This document shows positions 49,401 to 63,859 of a stretch of 64,000 nt of DNA, piece after piece. Position 1 is the stretch's first letter; each line of letters starts with the position of its first letter. This DNA comes from Squalus acanthias. Taxonomy: Eukaryota. A program made the position numbers and the translations under genes. The notes under the pieces are model-generated. The model was not told where the DNA came from, searched no databases, and was given only the letters and a program-made list of their open reading frames with translations. Location of the stretch: contig JASTWF010000323.1 of assembly GCA_030390025.1 (NCBI GenBank), positions 1-64,000 of the forward strand, written 5' to 3'.

Positions 49401-52400
49401 TGTGTATGAAAAGCATGGTATCAGTGAATGTGGCTGACACATGGAGTGGGTTTATCCTGTGAATATTCTCTCGCTAACATTCATTGTCCATAAATGTTCA
49501 AAAGTACATGGGTGGGATGTGACTCTGATGTAGGTGAGATTTGACTCTGATATGGAGGGAGTTGTTTCGGCTATGGGAAGGATTTGTATACATGGATTCC
49601 TGAATCACTTGGCTCCTCCAATGTTCCTAGATTCTCACCATTTAGAAAATACTCGGAACTATCTTTCTCAGGTCTGAAGTGGATCAACTCACACGTTCAT
49701 GGGCACTGAGTGTTAGAAAGGTAATATTCACAGGGTAAATCCCTCTCATGTCAGTAATGTATCATTAATGGGCAATGGTATATCAATATTTCTGTCTAAT
49801 GTAGAGCTTACCTTAATACTTCGACATACACACTCTTGGTGATTCTTGATATTTAATTTAAATACAGAGACCATCGCAGTCCCTTTACTGTCCCATTGTT
49901 AGTGGGTGAGCAGCAGTCAGGGTCTGGAACATTGATATCTGGTCAGAGGCCTCACAGTGTCGCGTTTCCTGGTTACAAAAACAAGCTCCCAGCTCGCTCT
50001 CTCTCCTCACTCTAGTTTGCTAATGTTGCTAAATGTACACTTGTGCCTTTAAAAAAAACTATTTTTCCGTGCTTCTGATGTGTAGAATTTATTGTTCTAT
50101 GTCTGTCAGCATCATCTAACAAACATTACATCATAAAATTCTAGAATGATACAGCACAGAAGGAGGCCATTCGGCCCATCGTGACTGTGCCGGCTCTTTG
50201 AAAGAGCTGTCCAATTAATCCCACTCCCCTGCTCTTTCCCCATAGTCCTGTAAATCATATCCCGTCAAAGAATTATCCAATTGCCATTTGGAATTTAGGA
50301 TTGAACCTGCTTCCAGTGCTCTTTCAGCAAGTGCATTCCAGATCACAACAACTCACTGTGTAAATAAAAATGTTTCCTCGTATCGCCTCTGGTTCTTTTG
50401 CCAATCAACTTAAATCTGCGTCCTCTGGTCACTGACCCTTCTGCCACTGGAAACAGCTTATCCTTATTTACTCTATCCAAATGATTCATGGTTCTGAACA
50501 CCTCAATCAAATCTCCTCTTAATCTTATCTGCTCCAATGAGAACAAACCAGATTCTCCAGTCACTCTACAGAACTGAAATCCCTTATTCCTGCTAACATT
50601 CTAATAAAGATTCTCTGCACCCTCTCCATGGCATTGACAAGCTGCCTAAAATGTAATGCACAGAATTGAACTCTATACTCCAGCTGAGGCCTACCTTGTG
50701 CTTTATAAAAGTTTAGCGATAACTTCCTTGCTTTTGTACACTGTGCTGCGACAATAAAGTTCAGGATCCCGAATGTTTTTTTGTCAGCCTTCTCAACTTG
50801 TCCTTCCAAGATCTGTGACCATACAGCCCCAGGACTCTCTGTTCCTGCACACCCTTTAAAATTGTAACATTTCGTTCACATTGCCTCTACTCATGTTTCC
50901 TACCAAAAGGTATCACCTCACAACAAACACACACCTTTTACAGGCTGACATTGTCTTAACCTCTGGTGTGTAAAGAAAACAAAGATGGTACCACTTCCAT
51001 TTGCCTCTCTGGATCATTCTGCTTCTGCTTGTTTCTATTATCCTAAAATGCCCTCTCAGCATCACCTCAACACTGACACATCACTGACACGGGAGTGAGC
51101 CAACCTGTAACCATTCTCTCGCTGACACTCAGTGCCCATGAAAGTTCCAGCCTTCTTGATGTTTGACTTTCAATTTCAATACAGAGACCATCGCAATCCA
51201 TTTACAGGCACATTGTTCACGGGCGGGCTGCAGTCAGTGTCTGGAACATTGACATCCGGGTCCTCGCAGTTTCCCATGTCCTGGTTAAAGTAACACTCTC
51301 CCAGTACGACATAATCTGCAGTAGTTGTGTTCACTTCTGGGCCCCGCACCTCAGGAAGGATATATTGGCGTTGGAGGGGTTTCAGCGCAGATTCACAAGA
51401 ATGATGCCGGGTATTAAAGGGTTAAGTTATGAGGACAGATTGCATAGACTAGGCTTGTATTCCCTTGAGTATCGAAGGTTAAGGAGTGAACTAATTGTAG
51501 TGTTTAAGATGTTTTAAGTAATTGATAGCGTAGATAGAGATAAACGATTTCCTCTGGTGGGGGGAGTCCAGAACAAGGGGCATAATCATAAAATACGAGC
51601 TAGGCCGTTCAGTGGTGATGTCAGGAAGCACTTCTTCACACAAAGAGTAGTGGAAATCTGGAACACTCTCTCCCCTAAAACGCTGTTGAGGCTGGGGGTC
51701 AATTTAAAGTTTGAAAAATGAGGTTGATATATTTTTGCTGGGTAATGGTATTAAGTTTATGGAACTAAAGCGGGTAGATGGAAATAAGGTACAGATCAGC
51801 CAAGATCTGATTGAATGCTGGAGCAGGCTTGAGGGGCTCCATTGCCTCTTCCTGTTCCTATGCTTCCATCTTTCTAAGACTCTATAAATTCTCCGCGCTG
51901 TCTCTCCTCACTTTAGTTTGCATTTGTTGTGAAATGAGCAGCTCTGAGCTTCAGCAGATCTTATTCGTGCTTTTGATCTGGACAGTTCATTGTTCTCAGT
52001 CTCTGAGCAGCCTCTGACAAGCAACAAGCTCCCACCTTTTTGAAGGCTGACATTGTTTTGCCTGCTGCACACAGCGTACAACATTCAAATCTGTTAGTCA
52101 CAGAGGATGGAAGGATCAGGCGGACTCAGAAGTGAAAATGGGCTCAGATTGGCAGCGAGTAACTTCCTTGTATGCTGGAATTAACCCATAGGGATTCACA
52201 GATTCGGCAAAATGGGGAGAATGGAGATTGATGAATCTATCGGGGACCGGGTGTTATTAGGAGCTGCTTGGGAGTGAGATTCAAAGTCAGTGCAAGCCCT
52301 TTTAACGCACACTGTAACACTGAGCAATCAGCTACTACAAAAAGATTGAGATCACTGAGGGTCCGGTAGCATAGTGGTTATGTCACTGGACTATTGATCC

Positions 52401-55400
52401 AGAGAACGAGAGTACAAATCCCTCCTCGGAAGTTTGAGATATTTGAATTCAAGTTTAAATAACTGGGTATGAAAAGCCTGGTATCAGTGAAAGTGGGTGA
52501 AACAAGGAGTGGATTTATCCTGTGAATATTCTCTCGCTAACAATCAGTGTTCATTAATGTTCAAATATTCATGGGTGGGATTTGTCTCTGATATCGGTGG
52601 GATTTGACACTGACTTGGGAGGGATTTGTCTCTGATATGTGTGAGATTCGTCTCTGATAAGGGAAGGATTAATGTGCATGGAACCCTGAATCACTTGGCT
52701 CCTCCACAGTTCCTAGATTCGCACCATTTAGAAAATAATCTGATCTATTTTTCTCAGGTCTGAAGTGGATGGACTCACACGTTCATGGGCACTGAGTTTT
52801 CGAAAGTGAATATTCAGTGTAAATCCCTTCAATATCAGTAATGTATCATTAATGGGCGATGGTCTATCAATATCTCTGTCTAGTTTACAACTTACATTAA
52901 TCGTTCGACATACACACTTTTGGTGATTCTTGACATTTAATTTATACAGAGAACATCGCAGTCCCTTTACCGTCCCAGTATTAGTGGGTGAGCAGCAATC
53001 AGGGTCTGGACATTGATATCTGATCAGGGGCCTCACAGTGTCGCGTGTCCTGGCTACACAAACACTCTCCCAGTTCGCTCTCTCTGCTCCCTCTAGTTTG
53101 CCTATGTTGCTGAATGATCCCCTGTGCTCTTTAAATGTTCTTTTCCGTGTTCCTGATGTGAACAATCTATTGTTTTCAGTCTGTCAGCATCATCTGACAA
53201 ACATTACATCATAGAATCATTGAATGAGACAGCACAGAAGGAGGCCATTTGGCCCATCATGCCTGTGCCGCATCTTTGAAAGAGCTGTCCAATTAATCCC
53301 ACTCCCCTGCTCTTTCCCCATAGAGCTGTAAATCATATCCCATCAAAAATGTATCCAATTCCCTTTTGAAAGTTACTATTGAACGTATTTCCTGTGCCAT
53401 TTCAGGCAATGCATTCCAGATCACAAAAACTCGCTGTGTATAAAACATATTTCCTCATGTCGCCTCTGTTTTTTTTTTCCAATCACCTTAAATCTGTTTC
53501 CTCTGGTTACCGACCCTTCAGCCAGTGGAATAATTTTCTCCTGATTTACTATATCAAAACCATTCGTGATTTTGAACTCCTCTATCAAATCTCCAATAAT
53601 CCTCTCTGCTCTAAGCAGACAAATCCCAGTATCTCCAGTCTCTCCACATAACTGAAGTCCCTCCAACATGGCACCATTCTGCTTCTGCCTAATTCCATTA
53701 CGAAAAAAATCCCTCTCAGCATCACTTCAATACAGACACATTACTGAAAAGGGAGGGATTCAACCTGTCACCATTCTCTCGCTAACACTCATTGCCCATT
53801 AAAGTTCCAGCCTTGCTGATGCTTGACATTTAATTACAATACAGAGACCATCGCAGTCCTTCTACTGTACCCGTGTTAGTGGGTGAGCAGCAGTCAGTGG
53901 CCTCACAGTGTCCCATGTCTTGGTTACACAAACACTCTCCCAGTAAGACCCCATCTGAAGTAACTGTGTTCAATTCTGGGCCCCGCACCTCAGGAAGGAT
54001 ATATTGGCCTTGGAGGAGGAGCAGCGCCGATTCACCAGAATGATACGGGGTTCAAAAGGGTTAAATTATGAGGACAGGGTGCATAGACTAGGCTTGTATT
54101 CCCTTGAGTATAGAAGATTAAGGAGTGAACCAATTGTAGTGTTTCAGATGATTAAAGGAATTGATAGGTTAGATAGAAATAAACTATTTCCTCTGGTGGG
54201 GGGAGTCCAGAACAAGGAGCATAATCTTAAAATTTGAGCTAGGCTGTTCAGTGGTGATGTCAGGAAGCACTTATTCACACAAAGGGTTGTGGAAATCTGG
54301 AACACTCTCTCCCCCAAAACGTTGTTGAGGCTGGGGATCAATTAAAAGTTTGAAAACTGAGATTGATATATTTTTGCTGGGTAAGGGTATTAAGGTTACG
54401 GAACCAAGGCGGGTAGATTGAATTAAGGTACAGATCAGCCATGATCTGAGTGAATGCTGGAGCAGGTTTGAGGGGCTGAATTGCCTCTTCCTGTTCCTAT
54501 GTTTCCATGTTTCTATGACCTTAAAATTTCTCTCTCTGTCTCTCCTCACTCTAGTTTCCATTTGTTGTGAAATGAGCTGCTGTGAGCTTCAGCAGATCTT
54601 ATCCGCGCTTTTGGTTTGGACAGTTCATTGTTCTCAGTCTCTTAGCAGCATCTGAAAAACAACAAGCTCTCACCTTTTGAAGGCTGACATTGTCTTGCCT
54701 GACGCACACAGTGTACAACATACAAATCTGTTAGTCACATGGGATGGAAAGATCAGGCGGACTCAGAAGTGACAATGGGTTCAGATTGGCAGCGAGTAAC
54801 TTCCTTGTATGCTGGAATTAACCCTTGGGGATTCACAGATTCGGCACCCTGGGGAGAATAGAGATTGATTAAACTAGAGGCGACCAGGCCTTAACATGAG
54901 CTGGTTGGGAGTGAGATGGAAAGTCCTTGTCAGCCCTTTTAATGCACAATGTAACACTGAGCAATCAGGTGCTACAAAAAGATTGAGATCACTGAGGGTA
55001 CGGTGGCATACTGGTTATGTCACAGGAATAATGATCCAGAGAACGAGAGTTCAAATCCCACACCGAAGTTTGAGAATTTGAATTCAAGTTTAAAAAACTA
55101 GGTACGAAAAGCCTGCTATCACTGAAAGTGACTGACACATGGAGTGGATTTATCCTGTGAATATTCTCTCGCTAACATTCAGTGTCCATAAATGTTCAAA
55201 TATACATGGGAGGAATTTGTCTCTGATATAGGTCGGCTTCGACACTGATTTGGGAGGGATTTGTCTGAGATATGTGTGAGATTTGTCTCTGGTATGGGAA
55301 GGAATTGTGTCTATGGATTCTGAATCTCTTGTCTCCTCCGCAGTTCCTATATTCTCAGCATTTAGAACATACTCTGATCAATCTTTCTCAGGTCTGAAGT

Positions 55401-58400
55401 GGATGAACTCACAAGTTCATGAAAACTGAGTGTTCGAAAGAGAATATTCACAGGGTGAAACCCTCCAATATCACTAATGTATTATTAATGAGCGATGGTC
55501 TATCAATATCTCTGTCTAGTGTACAGCATACATTAATCCTTCCACATACAGGCTCTTGGTGATTCTTGACATTTAATTTAAATACAGAGACCATCGCAGT
55601 CCCTTGACTGTCTCAGTGTTAGTGGGTGAGCAGCAGTCAGGGTCTGAAACATTCATATCTGGTCAGGGGCCCCACAGTGTCGCGTTTCCTGGTTACACAA
55701 ACATTCTCTCAACACTCTAGTTTGCATATGTTGCAAAATGTTCTCCTGTGCCCTTTAAAATATCTTGTCCGTGCTCCTGATGTGAACAATCTATTGTTCT
55801 CAGTCTGTCAGCATCATCTGAGCTGTACAATTAATCCCACTCCCCTGCAATTTCCCCATAGACCTGTAAATCATATCCCGTAAAAAATATATCCAATTCC
55901 CGTTTCAAAGTTACTATTGAACCTGCTACCAGCGCCCTTTCAGGCAGTGCATTCCAGATCACAACAACACGCTGTGTAAAAAAAAATGTTTCCTTATGTC
56001 GCCTCTGGTTCTTTTGCCAATCACCTTAAATCTGCGTCCTCTGGTTACTGACCCTTCTGCCACTAGAAAGAGCTTATCCAGAGGCACTCTATCAAAACTA
56101 TTCATGGTTTTGAACTCCTCAATCAAATATTATCTTAATCTTCACTGTTGTAAGGAGAACAAACCCAGCTTCTCCAGTCTCTCCAATGAACTGAAGTCCC
56201 TCATTCCTGGTAGCATTCTAATAAATCTCCTCTTCACCCTCTCCATGGCCTTGACAACCTGCCTAAAATGTGCTGCCCAGAATTGGACACAATACTCCAG
56301 CTGGGGCCTAATCTGTGTTTATAATGTTTTACCAATAACTTCCTTGTTTTTGTATTCTGTGCCGTGACTAATAAAGGTCAGAAACCCGAATGAGTTTTTA
56401 ACAGCCTTCTCAACGTGTTCTTCCAAAATTTGTGTACATACAGCCGCAGGTCTCTCTGTTCCTGCACCCCCTTTAAAATTTAGTTCACATTGCCTCTCCT
56501 CATTTATCCTACCAAAATGTATCACCTCACAACAAACTCCCACTTTTTACAGGCTGACATTGTGTTACCCTCTGATGTGTAGAGAAAACAAAGATGGATG
56601 CCCTTCCATTTGCCTCTCTGGATCATTCTGCTTCTGCCCGATTCCATTACCCAAAAATGACCCTCAGCTTCAGCTCAATACTGACACATTACTGACACGG
56701 GAGGGATTCAAACTGAAAATATTATCCCGCTAACACTCAGTGCCCATTAAAGACCCAGCCCTGGAGATGCTTGCCATTCAATTTAAGTACAGAGACCATC
56801 GCAGTCCTTTTACTCTCCGAGTGCTGGTGAGTGAGCAACAGTCAATGTCTGGGACATTGACATTCGGTCAGGGCCTCGCAGTGTCCCACGTCCTGGTTAC
56901 ACAGACACTCTCCCAGTACGACATAATCTGGAGTAACTGTGTTCAATTCTGGGCACCGCACCTCAGGAAGGATATATTGGCCTTGGAGGGATTGCCGCGC
57001 AGCTTCACCAGAATGATACCGTGTCTAAAAGGGCTAAATTATGAGGACAGGTTGCATCGACTAGGCTTGTATTCCCTTGACTATAAAATATGAGGGAGTG
57101 AATTATTGTAGTGTTTTAGAAGATTAAAGGAGTTGATAGGGTAACTAGAGATTAACTTGTTCCACTGTTGTGTTGGGGGTGGGGGGGGGAGTGGGTGCGG
57201 GGAGGGGGGGGTGGTGGTGTTCAAAACAAGGGGCATAATATTAAAATTACAGCTGGGCCGTTCAGTGGTGATACAAGGAAGCACTTCTTCACACAAATTG
57301 AAGTGGAAATCTGGAACTCTCGCCCCCATAAATCTGTTGAGACTGGGGGGGAAATAAAAATTTTGGAAACTGATATTGATAGATTTTTTGGCGGTAAGCT
57401 TATTAAAGTTACGTAACCAAGGGGGTTCGATGGAATTAAGGTACAGATCAACCTGTACCTGATTGAATGCTGGAGCAGGCTTGAGGGGCTGAATTGCCTC
57501 CTCCAGTTCCTAAGTATCCATGAATGTATGAACCTAAAAATTCTCTCTCTGTCTCTCTACCCTTTAGTCTGCATTACCTGTGAAATGAGCAGCTGTGAGC
57601 TTCAGCAGATCTATTATCCGTGCTTCTGATTTCGTTAATTTATTTTTCTGTCTCTGAGCATCCTCTGACAAACAACACGCTCCCTCCCACCTTTTGAAGG
57701 CTGCAATTGTCTTGCCTGCAACACACAGCGTACAACATTCAAATCTGTTAACCACATTGGAAGCAAAGTTCACGCAGACTCAGTGTGGCATCGAGCATGT
57801 TCTTTGTATGCTGGAATTAACTCACAGGGATTCACAGATTCGTCAACATGGCTCAAAATGGCGATTGATGAAACTATCGATGATCAGGCCTTGAACATGA
57901 GCTGTTTGAGAGTGAGAAGGAAAGTCAGTCAGCCCTTTTAAATCTGTAACACAAAGCAATCAGGTGCTACAAAAAGATTGAGATTACTCAGGGGACGGTA
58001 GTCTAGTGTTTATATCACTGGACTGTTGATTCAGAGAACTAGAGTTCACATCCCACCCTGATAGTTTGAGAATTTAAATTCAAGTTTAAAAATCTGGTTA
58101 TGAAAAGCTTCGTATCAGTGAAATTAGCGGACACATGGAGTGGATTTATCCTGTGAATATTCTCTCGCTTGCACACAGTGTCCATTAATGCTCAAATATA
58201 CATGGGTGGGATGTGTATCTGATATAGGTGGAATTTGACACTGAATTGGGAGGGATTTGTCTCTGATATGGGAGGGATGTATCTCTGATATGGGAAGGAT
58301 TTATGTAAATGGATGCCTGAGTCTCTTGTCTACGCCACAGTTCCTAGCTTCTTACCATTTAGAAAATACCCTGATCTATCTTTCTGAGGTCCGAATTCAG

Positions 58401-61400
58401 TGTAATCACACATTAATGTGCACAGAGTGTTAGAATATGCACAGGGTAAATCCCTCCCATATCAGAAGTGTGTCATTAATGTGCGATGCTCTATGAATAT
58501 CTCTTTCCAGTGTACAGCTTACACTGATCCTTCGACATACATACTCTTGGTGATTCTTCAAGTTTAATATAATACAGAGACAATCATAGTCCCTTTACTA
58601 TCCCAGTGTTAGTGGGTGAGCAGCAGTCAAGGGTCTGGTACACTAATATCTGTTTAACGGCCCCACAGTGTCGCGTGTACTGATTACACAAACATTCTCG
58701 TTGCTCGCTCTCTCTCCTCACTCTAGTTTGCATATGTTGCTAAATGTTCTCCTGTGCCCTTTAAACTATCTTGTCCGTGCTCCTGATGTGAACAATCTAT
58801 TGTTCTCAGTCTGTCAGCATCATCTGAGCTGTCCAATTAATTCCAATCCCCTGCAATTTCCCCATAGACCTGTAAATCATATCCCGTCAGAAATGTCTCC
58901 AATTCCCTTTTTAAAGTTACTATTGAATCTGCTTCCAGTGCCCTTTCAGGCAGTGCATTCCAGATCACAACAACTCGCTGTGTAAAAAAAAAAGTTCCTT
59001 AAGTCGCCTCTGGTTCTTTTGCCAATCACCTTAAATCTGTGTCCTCTGGTTACTGACCCTTCTGCCACTAGAAAGAGCTTATCCTGATTCACTCTTTCAA
59101 AACTATTCATGGTTTTGAACACCTCAATCAAATCTTCTCTTACTCTTCTCTGCTCTAAGGAGAACAACCCCAGCTTCTCCAGTCTCTCCACAGAACTGAA
59201 GTCCCCCATTCCTGATACCATTCTAATAAATCTCCTCTTCACCCTCTCCATGGCCTTGACAAACTGCCTAAAATGTGCTCTCCAGAATTGGTTACAATAC
59301 TCCAGCTGAGGCCTTGCCAGTGCTTTATAAAAGTTTATCAATAACGTCCTTGCTTTTGTATTCTGTGCCGCGAGTAATAAAGCTCAGAATCCCGAATGTT
59401 TTTTTAACAGCCTTCTCAACTTGTCCTTCCAAGATTTGTGTGTATACAGCCGCAGGTCTCTCTGTTCCTGCACCCCCTTTAAATTTAGTTCACATTGCCT
59501 CTCCTCATTTATCGTAACAAAATGTATCACCTCACAACAAACTCCCACTTTTTACAGGCTGACATTGTGTTACCCTCTGATGTGTAGAGAAAACAAAGAT
59601 GGATGCCCTTCCATTTGCCTCTCTGGATCATTCTGCTTCTGCCCGATTCCATTCCCCAAAAATATCCCCTCAGCATCAGCTCAATACTGACACATTACTG
59701 ACACGGGAGGGATTCAACCTGAAAATATTATCTCGTTAACACTCAGTGCCCATTAGAGACCCAGCCCTGGTGATGCTTGGCTTTAAATTTAAGTACCGAG
59801 ACCATCGCAGTCCTTTTATTCTACGAGTGCTGGTGATGAGCAGCAGTCAGTGTCTGGGGCATTGACATTCGGTCAGGGCCTCGCAGTGTCCCACGTCCTG
59901 GTTACTCAGACACTCTCCCAGTACGACATAATCTGGAGTACTGTGCTCAATTCTGGGCACCGCACCTCAGGAAGGATATATTGGCCTTGGAGCGGGTGCA
60001 GCGCAGATTCACCAGAATGATATCGTGGCTAAAAGGACTAAATTATGAGGACAGGTTGCATAGACTAGGCTTGTATTCCCTTGACTATAGAATATGAAGG
60101 AGTGAATTATTGTATTGTTTAAGATGATTACAGGAGTTGATAGGGTAACTAGAGCTCAACTCTTTCCACTGGAGTTGCGGGGCGGGGGGAGGGTGGCGGA
60201 GTTCAGAACAAGGGGCATAATCTTAAAATTAGAGCTGGGCTTCAGTGGTGATATCAGGAAGCACTTCTTCACACAAATTGTAGTGCACATCTGGAACTCT
60301 GTCCCCCATAAAGCTGTTGAGGCTGGGGAGGTAAATTAAACGTTTGAAAACTGATATTGATTGATTTTGTTGCGGTAAGCTTATTAAAGTTACGTAACCA
60401 AGGGGGTAGAAGGAGTTATGGTACAGATCAACCATGACCTGATTGAATGCTGGAGCAGGCTTGAGGGTTTGAATTGCCTCCTCCAGTTCCTAAGTATCAA
60501 TGTTTGTATTACCCTAAAAATTCTCTCTCTGTCTCTCCTCCCTTTAGTTTGCATTAGCTGTGAGAAGAGCAGCTGTGAGCTTCAGCAGATCTAATACGTG
60601 CTTCTGATCAGGTTAGTTGACTGTTCTGTCTCTGAGCAACCTGTGACAAACAACACGCTCCCTCCCACCTTTTGAAAGCTGACATTGTCTTGCCTGCAAC
60701 ACAAAGCGTACAACATTCAAATCTGTTGACCACAGTGGAAGCAAAGATCACGCAGACTCAGAAGTGACAATGGGTCCAATGTGGCAGCGAGTTACTTCCT
60801 TGTATGCTGGAAATAACCCATGGGGATTCACAGATTCGGCAATATGGGGAGAATGGATTTTGATGAAACTATCGGGGACCGGGCCTTGAACATGAGCTGG
60901 TTGGGAGTGAGATTGAAAGTCACTCAGCCCTTTTCACACAGTAACTCTGAGCAATCAGGTGCTACAAAAAGAATGAGATCACTGAGGATACGTTTGCCCA
61001 GTGGTTATGTCACTGGACTATTGATCCAGAGAACGAGAGGTTAAATCCCACCCTTGGAAGTTTGAGAATTTGAATTCAAGTTTAAAAATCTTGGTATGAA
61101 AAGCCTGGTATCAGTGAAAGTGGCTGACACATGGAGTGGAATTATACGGTGAATATTCTCTAGCTAACACACAGTGCCCATTAATGTTCAAATATGCATG
61201 GGTGGGATGTGTATCTGATATAGGTGGAATTTGACACTTATTTGGGAGGGATTTGTCTATGATATGATGGAAGTGTCTCTGATATGGGAAGGATTTATGT
61301 AAATGGATACCTGAATCTCTTGGCTACTCAACTATTCCACGCTTCTTACCATTTAGAAAATACTCTGATCTTTCTTTCTCAGGTCGGAATTCAGTGAAAT

Positions 61401-62410
61401 CACATGTTCATGGGCACAGAGTGTTAGAAAGTGAATATTCACAGTGTAAATCACTCCCATATCAGTAGCGTGTCATTAATGGTCGATGGTCTATCAATAT
61501 ATTTTTTCCAGTGTACAGCTTAAAGTAATCCTTCGTCATACACACTCTTGTTGATTCTTGACATTTAATTTAAATAGAGAGACCATCGCAGTCCCTTTAC
61601 TGTCCCAGCGTTAGTGGGTGAGCAGCAGTCAGGGTCTGGGACATTGTTATCTCGTCAGGGGCCTCACAGTGTCGCGTGTCCTGGTTACACAAACACTCTC
61701 CCAGCTCGCTCTCTCTCCTCAGACCAATTTGCATATGTTGCTAAATGTATTCCTATGCTTTTTAAAATAACTTTTGCGTGCTTCTGATGTGAACAATCTA
61801 TTGTTGTCACTCTGTCAGTAACATCTGACAAACATAAAATAATAGGATCATCAAATGGTACAGCACAGAAAGAGGCCATTCGCCCCATCGTGCCTGTGCT
61901 TGCTCTTTGAAAGGGCTGTCCAATCAATCCTACTCCCCTGCTCTTTCCGCATAGACCTGTAAATCATATCACTTCAAAAATAATCCGATTCCCTTTTGAA
62001 AGTTACTATTGAATATGCTTCCAGTGCCCTTTCAGGCAGTGCATTTCAGATCACAACAACTCGCTGTGTAAAGAAAACGTTTCCTCTGGTTCTTTTGTTA
62101 ATCACTTTAAATCTGTGTCCTCTGTTCACTTACCATTCTGCCACTGGAAACAGATTGTCCTTATTCATTCTATCAAAACGATCCATGATTTTGAACACCT
62201 CAATCAAATTTTTTCTCAATCTTCTCTGCTCTAAGGAGAAAAACTCCAGATTATCCAGTCTCTCCATAGAACTGAAGTCCCTCATCACTGGTACCATTCC
62301 AGTAAACCTCCTCTGCACCCTCTCCGTGACATCCTTCCTAAAATGTGTTGCCCAGAATTGAACGCACTATTCCAGCTGAAGCTTAATTAGTGTTTTTTTT
62401 TAAGTTTATC
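46500..62410. repeat. Composite ~3-kb tandem macrosatellite (5-6 diverged units of CR1 fragments, SINE head and unique spacers)
   Basis: Landmark ...cttccttgtatgctggaattaac recurs near 48095, 49100, 52160, 54800, 57805 and 60795 (spacing about 1.0, 3.1, 2.6, 3.0, 3.0 kb). Confidence 0.9.
52360..52500 (+). mobile_element. tRNA-derived SINE head (one per macrosatellite unit; also ~48270, 49298, 54997, 57991, 60987)
   Basis: A-box-like GGTAGCATAGTGG and B-box-like GTTCAAATCCC (intact in several copies), followed by gaatttgaattcaag. Confidence 0.65.
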
Positions 62411-63859
62411 ACAACTAAACATCGAATGCTGATATTTCTGCGATGGATTTAAAGGGCGAGGTTAATCCACTCAGTTGGAAGTGTGAATGAGACCGTGAGC
62501 TGAAAGAAGCGCACTTGGAGCCGAGAGCCTGGAACACGCAGTGTAACCGAGCATAAACACTCCTGCACAGACCAGACTTCACATTTTTCCCACTTGGCAC
62601 AAAAGGCAGATATTAATTACAACAATTCATTTGATTTGATTTGAAATAGTTTAGTTAATAAATTGAATCATGTTTCTCTAATTGTATTTCCCAACTCAGA
62701 TTGGAGGACTCATTTATGTTCTTCCAATGAGCACCTGAACCTCATCCGGCAACGTAATGTCTGCGACTGGTGAAGGATGGCCTTTGAAAACAACAGGAAG
62801 AGAGCTCAGAGGCCGGGGGCCAAGGGAGCAGTGCGTTCTGCAACCAATCGCGGTTCTTGAGTCGGCCAGACAGTTGAGTCAGTGTGAACCCCTGTTAAAT
62901 TATTTATCTTTTTAAAGTTAATTCAAGATTTCTTTTGTCAATGAAACAGTTTAACATTTTTCACTGCTGTGTTTTCATTGAGTTCTTAATGTGAGTTTCA
63001 GACACTTCAGTTTTAAATGGACTAAGTGTTGAAATGTCTTTAATTTTCCTCTTTCCATGTCGCTGTGAGTAAAATTACACAGATTGATTTCCCCTCATTA
63101 TGTATCAGTTTGTTATATTTAGAGGGACAATGCCTCACCTTTCTGCACCTTTAGGAGTTAAAGTAACATCCTTCCTGTTTGTAGTGAGTCACATTCTGTA
63201 CTGGGGGAGACAGCTGGAGCATTCAGCCTTCAAAATTCTTATCCTCTTGTTCAAAACCCTCCATGGCCTCATCCCTCCCTATCTCTGTGACCTCCTCCAT
63301 CCCTACAACTCTGTTAATAAGGATAAACTATTTAACTTGTCAGGAGGGTCGGTAACCAGAGGACACGGATTGAAGGTAATTGGAGAAAGAACCAGAAGCA
63401 ACACGATGGGAAAAAATTCACACAGCAAGTTGTTATGACCTGGAATTAACTGCCTGGAAGAGCGGTGGAAACAGATTCAAAGAAACTTTATAAAGGGAAT
63501 TGGGTAAATAATTGAATTGGAAAAAATTGCAGGGCTGAGTCTATGAACTGTGCACTCCTTCAACTCTTTCCTCTTGTGCAACCCCCACTGCCTTCGCTCC
63601 AGCATTGGCGGCCGTGCCTTCAGTTGCCGAGGCGCTAAAATCTCTGACCTGTTTCAATGTCTCCTTCTTTGGCTCAGTGTCAACGTTTGACTGATTCCGT
63701 TCTTGTGACGTGCCTGGGACGTTTTCCTACGCTGAAGGCGCTATGTAAATGTCAATTGCTGTTGCTGTGCTACCATTGGCTCAGCTTTGCCGGACAGAAT
63801 CAGCCAGGGACGGCGGTGGTGCTGCTCCCCATGATAGAAATGCTGCCAGCTCGCTTTAG

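Noticed and set aside
57564..57773. Repeated coding exon in the macrosatellite spacer
   Set aside because: The reading frame and splice sites are not preserved among units, and there is no recognisable protein motif.
48270..61125. tRNA gene cluster
   Set aside because: A/B-box-like motifs are degenerate, no cloverleaf is evident, and they continue into SINE body sequence.
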